Shown: positions 27,610 to 39,645 of the stretch, piece by piece | Numbering within the stretch: the stretch's first letter is position 1 | How the letters are laid out: every line of letters begins with the position of its first letter | Origin: Callorhinchus milii | Taxonomy: Eukaryota | Direction: 5' to 3' | Assembly: GCF_018977255.1 (NCBI RefSeq) | Contig: NW_024704743.1 | Span: 109,742,001-109,806,000 of the forward strand | Length of the DNA stretch: 64,000 nt | Notes under the pieces: model-generated | Told to the model about the DNA's origin: nothing | What the model saw: the letters and a program-made list of their open reading frames with translations, nothing else | The model's database searches: none | Program-made: the position numbers and the translations under genes

Positions 27610-27938
27610 CAATACAATACAAAATTACATTTGTATAGCACCTTTCATATCAGGAAGATGTTCCAAGGCGCTGGACAGTCAGGGATTTGGACAAGAGCGG
27701 GGGGAGTTTGGTATCATGGAGAGTGGAGGGCAGGGAGCATAGGCGGGTGGCCGAAGGCGCGGTCGAAGAGGAGGGTCTTGAGATGTGCCTTGAAGGAGGC
27801 AAGGGAGGGAGTGAGGCAAAGGGAATGTGGGATGGAGTTCCAAAGGGGTGGGAGCAGAGAGGGTAAAGGTCCGACCCCCGAAAGTGGGACCGGCCGAGCA
27901 GGGCACGTGGAGCAGGCTAGAGCCTGCTGAGCGGAGGT
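27610..27938 (-). mobile_element. L2 LINE 3' fragment
   Basis: Homologous to 14105-14415; ORF 27679..27960 contains SAGSSLLHVP...GGRTFTLSAPT. Confidence 0.8.
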
Positions 27939-29081
27939 TTGTGACAGAAAACAGTGACAAATAATATTTCCTAAAATAACCTGTCAGAGACTAAAACTCT
28001 TCAATCTGCGATTTCACTCTACTCCAGTGCTTTTAATAACGCCTCATCTGGTTGCTACGATTTAAAGCACTTCATAAGTAATCATTGCCAATTCTTATAG
28101 GCAGAACCCCACATCGGGACTTTCGCTCACAGTCCAGACTGACACTTCAGTGAAGTGCTGGGGGGGTGCGGAGAAGGAATGAACTTGGCATTGTCGAGGG
28201 TGCCATCTTTCAGATGAAACATTAAATTGAACTTCCATCTGCCTATTCAGAACATTAAAGATCCCATGAAATTATTGGAGAAGAGAGTTTTGTCTGGTGT
28301 CCTGATCAACAATCCACAAAATAAGTCAGTCGAACATCTCAGCATTATTTGTGGGGATCTTGCTGTGTCTAAATTGTCTACAAAATACTTTTAAGAAGTT
28401 TTGCCATTATCGACACTGTATCAAATTCGAGGCTTATTATTATTTATACCTTTCCTCCCAATTCCTAATTCCCTACTTGGGACGTCCTCCCGACGTGAAA
28501 GGCGCTTTATAAATGTAATTTTGTTGCTGTTGTACACCTGAGAAATTTACATCCTACAAGACATGAGAGGAATATTTCTTAAACCAACAGGGAAGCCTTA
28601 TTTATACTGCTTTAATGTGTTGTTCATTTTACTTTTGTTCAGCACTCCTCTCAGTAGAAACATATTCAGAGTTATAGCCTTAAAGGAGCAGCAATGTATT
28701 AGATTTATCACCTGTGGTATCATACTATCATGTCTCACAACACACAGAGGAAAAGAAGGTACGAGAAGTAAAAAGAACAAAAACACTGAATTTCACTGAG
28801 GTTCTTGGCTTCTTTCTCTGAAGTAAAATAAAACTCAGTACTTTGCTGCCCCTGCAGTTCCCTTTGCTGCACATTAACTGCACAAAATGAAAACATTTGA
28901 AAATTGTAGGGAGGACGGAGGAAAGTTAGTGTGGAGTTAGGATTGCGAGCTGAGATAAATTCCACCGGTAATGCCAAACAGTGCAAGTCAATGCCATCAT
29001 CTGACTGAATCAGCCAATACAATTTTTTTTAAATACTCATGTGGACGTAATAATAATAATAATCCTTGTATTTGATATACA

Positions 29082-29553
29082 CCAACAACTTGCACTTTCA
29101 TAGCACTCTCCGTGTAGGGTAGCGTCTCAGAGCGCTTAACAGTGGCAGAACCTGACTCCGAGCCGGGGGCGCAGATGGGATGGGGGGGAGTGATCATCAG
29201 CACGCTCGATAAAGGTCTTCAGGCAGGACTTGAAAAAGGGAGAGAGGGGGCAAGGCGGAGGGATTGAGGGAGATTATTCCAGAGTTTGGGGGCATAGTGG
29301 CTGAAAGTGCGACCTCCGATGGTGGAGCCCTGGAGGATGTGAAGGACAAGTAGGAGGCCGGTTCCAGTCGAGCGGAGGTTCCAGGTGGTGGATTGGGGAC
29401 CGAGGAGGTCAGAGAGTTAAGGAGGTGCCAGGGAGTGAAGGGATTTGAATACGAGTGTGAGGATCTTGAAGTCGAACCATTCGGTTTTGGGGAGCCAGTG
29501 GGGCCTGGCCAGAACTGGTGAGATGGAGGTATGGAGTTTGGCCCAGTCAGTAT
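29082..29553 (-). mobile_element. L2 LINE 3' fragment
   Basis: Reverse complement of the L2 tail (caacaacttgcactttcatagc) and body, homologous to 39650-40100. Confidence 0.85.
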
Positions 29554-29808
29554 GTCAGACATCAATTTCTGGATGAGAGCTAACTTTCTTCAATTGAGCG
29601 TCAACAAGATCTAGGTTCTCCTGATTGGCTCCCGTCAGCGTCTCCACACCTCAGGCGCTGATAGCATCACCATCAGTGGTTGCACACTCTACCTTACTAA
29701 GCCAGTCCAGAACCTTGGTATCTTGTTTGACCCTCAACTATCCTTTCTAACCCACATCCATGCCATGACCCGCTCTGCCTTCCTCCACCTTCGCAACATC
29801 GCCCAGTT
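29554..29808 (+). mobile_element. L2 internal fragment (second subfamily), head-to-head with the previous element
   Basis: Homologous to 21425-21675; ORF 29723.. starts FDPQLSFLTHIHAMTRSAFLHLRNIA. Confidence 0.82.
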
Positions 29809-30304
29809 GTTGGATCCTTTGCAAGTGAATGCAGCAGTACAACAAGCTCCAACAAACAGCCAAGTGCACTATAATTTTATCTGGGGGATTGAAACTCCCT
29901 TCTGTTTTCCAATGATCCCAATGCCATGAGATCTTTTAATGTCCACCTTAACAGGCACCAGATGGGAACCTTGTTTGAAGATATCATCCAGAGGTTGGCC
30001 AGCACCTCGGACATGCTCCCAGCTCTGCACTGGAATATCAGCCTTGAAATAAAAGTCCAGCGGTGGCTGGAACCTGCACCCTTTTAACACAACAAAAAGG
30101 AACAAAGTGCATTTATATATCACTTTTCACATCAGGAGGGTGTCCCAAGGTGCTGGGCAGTCGAGGCTTTGCACTCGAGCTGGGGATTAGATTCGAAGGC
30201 ATGATCACACAGGAAGGTCTTCAGACGGACCTTGAGAGAGGCGAAGGAAGGAATACATGCTGCTACCAACTGAGCCAAGCCAGTACTTGAAAGTGAGATA
30301 ATCA

Positions 30305-31675
30305 TTATCATCCGTGCATTTAATACAGTACCTTAAGTTATCGATGCTTCACAGGATATTACGGTACGGTATAGTGACCGTGTTTGCAGCTAATTTGCAT
30401 ACAGCAAGATTCCACAGCAACCATGAGGTGAATGATCAAATGAATTTTTCCTTGGGTAGGTGAAAAAATTATCTTTTCCTATCAAGTACTGTAGTACCAC
30501 CACATCTCCGAACGTTTGCCCGAACAGACAGACGGGACCTCGATTTAACGTTGAATCTGAAAGATGGCGCTTCTGAGGGTGCCAGGTCTCTCTTGTATGT
30601 GCGAGCACCGCAATGGAGCGTCAACCTAGACTGTAAGTCTAACTGTCAACTGTAACTGTCAACTCTATTTTTCCACCTCTTTTTGCGACCCCCAGTCCCC
30701 TGATGTTCTGTCAGCCTGCCTGTCAGATCTCAGGGGCTGGATGAGCGCAAATTTTCTTCAGCTGAACGTTGATGAGACGGAAGCGATACTCTTCGGCTCT
30801 CGTCAAAGTCTAAAATCTCACGGCTCTCACCTCCTCCACCTACCCAACCTCCCCCTAAAACTCTCTGAACCCGTACGCAACCTAGGTGTCAGGTTCGACC
30901 CCCAACTATCCTTCCTCCTCCACATCCGGTCCCTCATCAGCACCGCATTCTACCACATCCGACGCATCGCCCGTCTCCACCAATACCTCTCCTCAAAAGC
31001 CGCTGAAACCCTGGTCCATGACCTTGTCACCTTTCGTCTGGACTATTCAAATGCCCTCCTCGCCGGCCTCCCATCGACTACCATCCATAAAATTCAGATC
31101 ATTCAAAACTCTGCCGCCCGCATTCTCACCTGCATCAAACTCCACTCCCCGATCACCCCAGTCCTTGCCAGACTGCACTGGCTGCCTATCCCACAGAGGA
31201 TCGATTTCAAGATCCTCACCCTTGTATTCAAGTCCCTGCACTCCTCTGCACCTCCCTCCTCTCTGACCTCCTCTCTGCTCAAAACAGTACCTGTTGCCTT
31301 CGTTTCTCCGGGTCTGGCCTCCTCCTCGTCCCCCGAGTCCTCCGCTCCACCCTCGGCGGCCGTGCCTTCAGCCTCTATGCCCCGAGGCTCTGGAATTCCC
31401 TTCTTAAATCCCTTCGTCTCGCTCCCTCCGTTTCCATTTTCAGGTCTCTGCTGAAGACCTTTCTTTTCGACCGCGCCTTTGGTCACCTTCCCCCCACTCC
31501 CCCTGGCTCGGCCCCGGGATCCGCTACTGTAAAGCGCTCTGAGACGCCGTCCGGCGTGGAGGGCGCTATATAAATCCAAGTTGTTGTTGTTGTTGTAAGC
31601 TCAAAGTCCAGACGTGGGGCTTGAACCCACATTCTTCTGCTCAGAGGTGAGAGAGCTAACAGCTAAACTGACACC
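30305..31675 (-). mobile_element. SINE family B interrupted by the L2 at 30638-31593
   Basis: ...caacctagactgtaag | tgtaagctcaaagtccagacgtggggcttgaacccac rejoins to the family B head. Confidence 0.78.
30638..31593 (+). mobile_element. L2-clade LINE, 5'-truncated 3' end (end of RT/ORF2 plus tail), inserted into a SINE
   Basis: ORF 30741..31454 has MSANFLQLNVDETE, VRNLGVRFD, RLDYSNALLAGLP and LHWLPIPQRIDFKIL, which are L2 ORF2 C-terminal motifs. It ends in a stem-loop and (TTG)n tail. TGTAAG is duplicated at 30632-30637 and 31594-31599. Confidence 0.93.
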
Positions 31676-33264
31676 CCTTCATTGTCGTCGCGCTTGTTAA
31701 AATCTCACCATCTGAAAAATAAACCTTTTTATCAGCAACGCAAAGAAAACTGCCCTGTTCATACTGTGTCATACTGACAAAGTACACAGCTGGGAGCAGA
31801 ATGTGCATGCTGTGATCTAGTGAGACAGATTTGATTTAACATGCCATATGTAAATGAATTGGGAAACGCACCTATGCCCGACTTCAATTACTTTGATCAA
31901 GAACACAAAAGACTCGTAAAATTCCTCCACCAAAACAAAACAATATTGCTCGGGGTGCCACAGGGCCATTTCCATTTCAAACAAGACCCATCTGTCTGAA
32001 TTTGGAATCGTGAACATTGCGCTGCATTGCGTTTACGTAAAACACTGTACTGTTGCTTGTGGGCTCAGTGACAGCTATTTTCTGAATTCAAGTCCTGAAC
32101 TGTATCCCGTCTCAAGGTGATTAAGCGCTCCGAAACACTGCCCCGCATGTAGGGCGCTGTATAAATGCAATTTGTTGTTGATTGCAAGTTTTCAGCCTGG
32201 CTCAGTTGGTAATGCTCTCACCTCTGGGTCAAAAGGTCATGGGTTCAAACCCCCAAATTGGGAATTTGAGCTCACACAGTCTAGACTTGACCCCCTAGTA
32301 CAATGAGATGTAAAGTGGCAACTGGATCTCGTTGCTCGGGCTATGATGGAAAGCTATTCTGTAAAAGTAGCTTTGCAAACCGTCCGTGTCGATGCCAGAC
32401 AGATATTGTAAGAAAGAGAATTTTTGTAATTTTATTACTCCTTATCACGAGAAGTTTGGATGAAAAAGATCTCATCCTTCCAGAATATCCACCCTCCCAT
32501 CACAGTATCAAGCCGTGTTGTAAATAATTTCAGAGTCCTGTCCTCAATTACCCTTCCTTTTTACCTGCTTCATGCAAGTTTTGATCTGGATAAAGAAATG
32601 CTTCCTGGTGACGGTCCTGAAATTTGTCTTCTGCAAATTTGGTTGTATCAAAATACCTCAAAGTTCTTAACAAGAAAATATTGTTTTTCTTTCTTTCGTA
32701 GGCCTGCTCTGATGTAGATCTTAAATCATCAATCCTGTGTCCCAGAGGTGAGAGAGCTAAGCTCAGAGAGTAAGCCCCACTGTCTTTGCAAACTTGTGCA
32801 CATCAAACCAAATCCTTATTATTAATCCTTGAACAGACCAGTGAAAATACAGTAATTCCAAGATATCAGCTGCTAACAGAATATTCGCTGAAGTGCCACT
32901 GTAATCCCGTCACTTTAACAGGAGATCTCACACAAGTTTTCAATATTATGGAAGGTTTTGAGAGAGGATAAATAACGAAAGAATATTTTACGCTGGTTGG
33001 TGATTCGATTAGCAAGGTACGATAATAAACTTTGCATTTGATCCAATGCCTCCAAGGTTGAAATGTCACAAAGCACTTTAATGTTACACTAAAACCCAAG
33101 CTGGGCCAATGGGGGAGAAGTCTAGATCAGTGAAACGGAATTTCCGTTTAAGTGTAATTATAATGCTGGTACCTACAAATACACTGCAATATGCAGTAAA
33201 TCCTGTGAAGTTCTTTTAGACATCTCGACGATGTGACAGGTGCAAGAACAAATGCAAGGATTAT

Positions 33265-33605
33265 CATATATTTTGAGGAGAGGTTGGGCAAACGTGAGTT
33301 ACAGTTCCTTGAGTTTAGAAGGTTGTGGGATGATCCGATCAATAAACTAATAAAAGGGATTTGACAAAATGGATAGAGAGAGACTTCTTCCTGTGTGGGA
33401 ATGTAGAACAAGACATCATCCAAACAGTGGAACTAAACCAGACAGGAGTGAAAACAGAAAAACAAATTTCACACAGAGGGTTGTGGAAATGTGGAATTCA
33501 TTGTTCCCAAAACGTCGTAGGTTCAAGGTCAAGATCAGCCATGATCTGATACAGTGGTGGAGCAGGCTCACCAGCTGAATGATCTAGTCCTCTTCCTATT
33601 TTTTT
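33265..33605 (+). mobile_element. Degraded CR1 LINE 3' fragment
   Basis: ORF 33369.. contains NFTQRVVEMWNSL; gatcagccatgatct tail motif. Confidence 0.72.
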
Positions 33606-34428
33606 ATGGCAAGCATTCTCTCCCATTAACAAATACTCTGCTCTTTATGGAATTAATCGAGAAACACAAACAGCTGCAACAATTTGGCTGTTGGCAACTT
33701 TTAACCTTTGGAAGAGTAATGAACAGACTGAGCTTCACAACTGATTTGGGTCTGTGGTTTGAGTTACGGACAACAATAAACCTTGCATTTGATACAATGC
33801 CTATAACAACAAAAAAAGCACTTTACAGTATTTACTGTTGAGCACAATAAGTGTTTTGCAGACAAACACAGCAGCTAATTTGCATTGCATTGTCAGAAAG
33901 AATGTCCTTTAGCTGAGAACCTACCTAGGTCCTGTCAATTGACCTTGCATCTACGATGTTTTGGAGACATAAGTTTCTCCCAGTGTCTTAGCCAACAATC
34001 TCCCCAGACATAGAAATAAAATTGGTGATTCACTTCATGACTAAGGGACATGCTGTGTGTAAATTAGCCTGCTGCATTCACCAGAAATATACAGGAAATA
34101 TATAGCCCAAAAGACCTGGAGGGAGTTTAATTAAAAGCTGCCGTGAAGAATAAGTATTAAGGACAAAGTTTCCACCTCAGATTCTGTGAACTGTTTCTTA
34201 GTTACCAATGATTAATGGCTGCAACTGAGATCAGAAAAACAAACGCATTTTAGACCCCATTGTTTCAAATGAACCAAGTTCAGTCACAAGTATCCTGCAG
34301 GTTGGTGTGAGGTTTATTTTGGAGTGGCTGAAACATGAGGAAACCCACCACAGTGCTTAACAGGCTCCAAACTGAACCCCTTCCACATGGATCACGTTTG
34401 CTTGTGTTTGTGCGGATTGCAGGCTTAC

Positions 34429-34511
34429 CTGGTGCTGACTGGCTTTCGCTAGCTGCTCGTTGGCTGCGTCCACGTTTGAAGCTGCCCTCTCGATGTTGGC
34501 TTCGATGCTAT
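34429..34511 (-). CDS. TSNARE1: TSNARE1-like coding exon (C-terminal half of SNARE motif), 83 bp, phase 1-0
   Basis: ggcttacag|AT AGC ATC GAA GCC AAC ATC GAG AGG...CAC CAG|gtaagc; translates to (D)SIEANIERAASNVDAANEQLAKASQHQ. Confidence 0.95.
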
Positions 34512-35567
34512 CTGTAAGCCAAGGTCGGTGAGATATAACTAGAGTCCCACCATCAGTACAGCCCTGTTATAATAAGGTGGAGGGAGGAGGGGGGCGGGAG
34601 GGGGGTGTTCTGTAAAAGCGAGACTGAGTTGTAATCATTTTGCCCACAAAATATACAGTAAATTCACTTTCCAGACACCTCCTCCCTAATACTTCCAGGT
34701 TTTCTTGGAGCAGGAAGTCACTATGTTCAGGAGTCAATGGTGTGGGGGCGCACGTTATATATCAAAACTGAGGCAAGCATTATCAGGTTTGCATTGCAAC
34801 AAGTTTTCTCAAAGAACCATTAAATTGATATCTCATCTGCCTGTTTGGGTAGATATTAAAGATCCCATGGCACTATTTGAAAAGAGAAGGGAGTTTCTCC
34901 CAGTGTCTTGACCATCGATTCCGCAGATAAAATTGGTGATTACCTGTGTGCAATCTGTCTGTGTGCAAATTGGCCTACAGTTTACAGTGAATCAGGTGAA
35001 GTGCTCTGAAGTGCCCTTCACGTCGGGAGGTTGTTCCAAGGTGCTGTCCTAAGGCATTATATCAGATACAAGGATTATGATTATTATTATGATGATCCTA
35101 CGGTGCTTTTAAGGTTACGTTCACCGGCATCTTGGTAAAAGGCAAGACATCAGCAAGAAACAGAAAATAATTCCGTATATAAGTGTTGCTGTATGCATCC
35201 AACTCAATAGGTAGTGAGTAAGGCAGACAAGCAGGAAAGGTGAAGTGAACCCTTGAAAGACCATCCGGTCCTTGTCAGTGATGTGAGTGAGGCGGGCCGG
35301 TCTGAGCTCCTTCACTATGCACTTGGCAGAGGCTGAAGGAAAAGAGACCGATCTCATTAGGATTAGTCGTGAAGAATGGATTCAAGGGGAACCACTTGGC
35401 TTATGAGGTCCCAACTCACATTGTACAACTTGCTGACTGAATCGAAGGACACAGGCTGCACACAATAATTCCACAAGTGGGATTCACTCTGTTAGATGTG
35501 AAACCGGCAGACCATTTCGGAGTTCCCCTCGAGGTAATTTGTTTCAACGATACTTAATAATCATTGT

Positions 35568-35922
35568 GCGTCAGCCTGACTCAGTCAGTAGCACTCTCAC
35601 TACTGAGCCAGAAGGTTATGGGTTCAAATCCCATGTCCAGACTTTGAGCTAGGCTGACACTCCAATACAGTGCTGGAGGTGTGCTGCTTTGTCAGAGGTC
35701 CTGTCCTTCAGAAGACATGTTAAACTGAAGACTCCTTCTGCTATTTGGGTGGAAAAAGATCCAGGAGCATTATTTTAAAAGAGAAGAGACTTTTATCCTT
35801 GTGGTCTAGCCAGTAATTCTTCAAGTCTGCCATATTCGCCTATAATTACTGGCATTCCACCTTACAGTACAAATCCTATAAAGCGCTTTGAGATGTTTTG
35901 ATGAAGTGATAAGGTATTATTT
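35568..35922 (+). mobile_element. SINE family B
   Basis: gtcagcctgactcagtcagtagcactctcac head; degraded core and tail. Confidence 0.75.
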
Positions 35923-36098
35923 TAACTAGCATGATAACTAGCATATCAGATGTGTAATGAAACATTGTGCTTATCCACCCCAGTGTGACGTGGGAAACTA
36001 AATGGGGGAGTTGGGGGGTGGGGTGGGTTAAGGAGAATGAAACATAAATGTAGGTGTGTCAATGAGGTAAGGAACCATGATTTGGTGTTGATACTCAC

Positions 36099-36171
36099 CA
36101 ATGTTATCTCCTTGTTCATGCACCAGCATTGCAAGATCCTTGATAATCTGGTTCACATCGAGCATGTCCGC
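36099..36171 (-). CDS. TSNARE1: TSNARE1-like coding exon (SNARE motif with zero-layer Gln), 73 bp, phase 0-1
   Basis: ttttgtcccaacag|GCG GAC ATG CTC GAT GTG AAC CAG ATT ATC AAG GAT CTT GCA ATG CTG GTG CAT GAA CAA GGA GAT AAC ATT G|gtgagt; translates to ADMLDVNQIIKDLAMLVHEQGDNI. Confidence 0.95.
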
Positions 36172-37497
36172 CTGTTGGGACAAAATGCCTGAGAGTCAGT
36201 GAATTACAGCGCAGACTATATTGCTTTATTTTTCTGGTCAGCTGGGTGTCTGACATATGTAGAAACCCATCAACATGCTTAAGAGCATCCAAAACAGACT
36301 CAGAGTTCAACATATGCCTTCCACCTATGCATGGATATGTCCTTTTCTTCAAATTGGAGTCCCCCAGAGGGCCAGAAATTACCAAGGCTTGAGAAACCCA
36401 GAGTGTGCATTGAGGTAACCGTTGGAGTTTAACCAACTGAAACCCCATAGCTTGTCATTGAAAGCACTGTGTGTCAAGTTCCCTGCTGCTTGCTCAGCTT
36501 GGGCTACACTATCCATTATGCTTTGGCTTGCAGGGTGTAACAAGAGCCAAGTGAGAAGAGTCTCTGCCCCTCCAATAAGCCAATTTGGCTGGTGTGGCAT
36601 CAATAGTGCCCCTGGAGTAGTGTAGACCCACCTGGCTCAGGAACCAGATTACCAAGACCACCATAGAGGATTGCCTCTGAATATTGCCCCCAACCCCCAC
36701 CCTCCCCACACACACACTTACTCACATACGCAAGAGAATACCAGAATAGTCACCAGTTAGTCTTCAGATATCTGACATGCTCCAAGCCTGTGCAGCACTA
36801 AGTCAGAATAAATCAGCAAAAAAGTTTGCTCTTAAAATTGTACAATTCTACAGAACAGAACCATTCAATCTAGTGTCTCTGAGAGTACTGTTTCAACACA
36901 GTAATACCCTATTTACAAATATTTGAATATTTTGTTCAAACATTTGTCCAGTTCTCTTTTAAAAATTCTTGGATTCTAAATAATAATTCTCCTTGTATTT
37001 GACATAGCGATTTATCACGTCACTGGCTGCTGTGTCTGCCTAGAAATACACAGTCACTACACTTGACAACAATTAGCAGCGAAGCGCTTTAAGACGGTTT
37101 ATTGTTAATGGGGCCATATCAAGTGCAAGGATTATTTATTTATAATAATAATAATACTTGCAATTGATATAGTGCCTTTTACGTCAGGAAGATGTTACAA
37201 GAGTCCTAAAGCAACAGAAGTAAATATTTCCTTATTACCTATCACATTAACAAGGATAAGTCTCATTAATTTTTCATAGGCGTAAATTAATGTTTAGCAT
37301 ATTTATCTTCCTCATATATTTAAAGCCATTGCAGTGTTTCTGCCGAGGGAACGTTACCTCAGTTATCAATAGCATATTTATCTTCCTCGTATATTTTAAA
37401 GCTACATCTCCAGTCAGAGTCAGAAGCTTGTGGTTCAAGCCTCATGTTAGGAAATGGAGCTCACATTCTAGGCTGATGCTCCAGTGAGGTACTGGCT

Positions 37498-37517
37498 GGG
37501 GGGGGGGGGGGGGGGGG
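37498..37517. repeat. Poly-G run (~20 nt) inside a SINE B copy
   Basis: Direct observation. Confidence 0.9.
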
Positions 37518-38319
37518 AGAGGCTGTCCGTTGAGGTGCTGTCCGTTGGATGTGATGTTAATCTGAGGTCCCACCTGCCTGTTCAGGTGGATGCTAAAGGT
37601 TCTATACCACTAATCGAAAAGAGAAGGGAGTTTCTCCCAACGTCCTAAACACCTCCCCCGCCCAACAAAGTTGGTTGTTCACTTTATGTCTGTTTGTGGG
37701 CCAATGCATTGGCTGCTGCGTTTGCTTTCAAGCACACAGTCACTGCACTCTACAGTGTTTCCTATGAAGTACTGTGTGGCATTTTAATGGTAGGTGAAAA
37801 AAACAGATTATTATTAGAGACTCAAGAGAGAGAAAAGGAAAGAGTGAAAATGGATGCGAGTGAAGAGATTGCACAATGTGCTCTTGTTCTGGCAATATAA
37901 CATCTGAAGAAAGACATTTTTGGTCAACAATATATCCACTTTGTATTCTGTGTACTTATTATCCTCAGTGATGACCTATTACTGGTTGTTTATCCACAAT
38001 GGTGCTGGTCCAACCAGTGTGGATAATGGGCTCTCCACCAAATTGGAAAAGAGAAAAAAGTTTCCCTCACTGTCTGTAGATAAATTGGTCACTCATTTCT
38101 CAGCTGTTTTGTTGGCAATTGCTGAGCACAAAATGGTTTCTGTGCACAATATCGTTGCTGCACTCACCCTCAAAATGAACGTTCACTGCACTTCACATTA
38201 GATACTGTATAGTTCCTTGAGACATGTTGACGTATAAGGCACTATAGAAATTGCAAGTTATTTTTCAGAATGCAGCAATAAATAAAATAATATAAAGTCT
38301 GATATGGAAACATTATTTT

Positions 38320-38650
38320 TAACAAACGTAATTGACAAGTTAGATAGTGAATCACTTTCCCCAGTGGTAAAAGGATCCTTTGCAAAGGGGCAGAGCCTTA
38401 GAATCAGCACTAAGATGGTTAGAACTGAAGTCATAAAGTTTTTCTGCACACAGAGGGTTGTGAAGATGTAGAATGGTCTGCCCCAGAATGCCATAGAGGG
38501 GAATTGATAGGGATATTTTAAAGAGACAGACACCGATTCGGTCATATAGGTATTGAAGGGTATGGGCAAATGGTAGAACTTTGGGATTAAAAGATTTGTC
38601 AAGATCAAATAAACTGGTGGAGCAGACTCAGTGAGCTGAATGGTGAACAG
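38320..38650 (+). mobile_element. Degraded CR1 LINE 3' fragment
   Basis: tttttctgcacacagagggttgtgaagatgtagaatggtctgcc (FFTQRVV..WN.LP region) followed by a CR1-type tail. Confidence 0.75.
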
Positions 38651-39645
38651 ACCAGTTATCACTGGGTTAAACACCCCTACTCAGAGAAACATCAGTGAGG
38701 TTTAACAAAACATAGGCCCATTGGATTTGTTAAGTGATTCTTTACCGAAGAATTTCTCTGACAACTGGATGAGAGGAAAGCAAGGGCTCTGCCTAAAATC
38801 TCTGTTAAACAAAGATTACATTCACAGCGGGCTGAACAGCTGATGCAAGATGATTACACCCCAACCCAGAAATGTAATCAAACTATAAATTTGATCTTGC
38901 ATCATATCTTGCGTGCTTGCACACACGCACACGCAATACACACACAGAGCCATAGCCACAGACAAAAACAACAATAAATTGTATTTATATAGCATCTTTA
39001 ACATCAGGAGGACAAACACACACACATATAGAGAGAGCTGGGAGGGCATAGGAACAGCAGCATATCGCAAAGATATGAAAACAGGAATTTGTGTCATGAT
39101 TACTGTTCTGGGTTGGGATTACACCGCACCCCCGAAATATAATCAACCTATAAATGTTAAAACTACATCCCACGCACGCACATGCACACACAAACACACA
39201 CACAGGGATTTGTGTTATGTAAATAAACCTAGAATAATATTCCTTATATTTGAACCAGCATCGTATGTTGAAAGAACATCTCACAGAGTTTCACAGGAAT
39301 CCTGCAAAGTGTTGTGTAGTATTTCCTAGGTGAATGTGCTGTAGAAGTTACAAATTAATATTTATTTTTACGTTTCGCCCACAATATGTAGTCACTCCAC
39401 TTTTCAATATATTCTCTGAAGCACTTTGAGATGTCTCAACTGATTCTAAGGCTTTGCCTGCATGCAAAGCATCCTTTCACGACAGGGAAAAGTATCCACT
39501 ATCTATCCTGTCAATTACTTTTTTTAATTAAGGCGCTATATCAAATCCAAGGATTATTAATATTATTTTTAATAATACTGAGGCTCCATCTTGCCTGTCC
39601 TTCAGGTAGACATACCTGCTCTCCCCCAACACTATTGGAACAGAG

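Noticed and set aside
29082..29808. Head-to-head L2 pieces as a twin-priming inversion
   Set aside because: The two pieces resemble different L2 subfamilies in this window, so independent insertions or a deletion junction are more likely.
30741..31454. Long ORFs (237, 242, 264, 201 and 180 aa) as host genes or a novel RT system
   Set aside because: All are C-terminal pieces of L2 ORF2 in 5'-truncated copies with frameshifts. No endonuclease domain or ORF1 is present.
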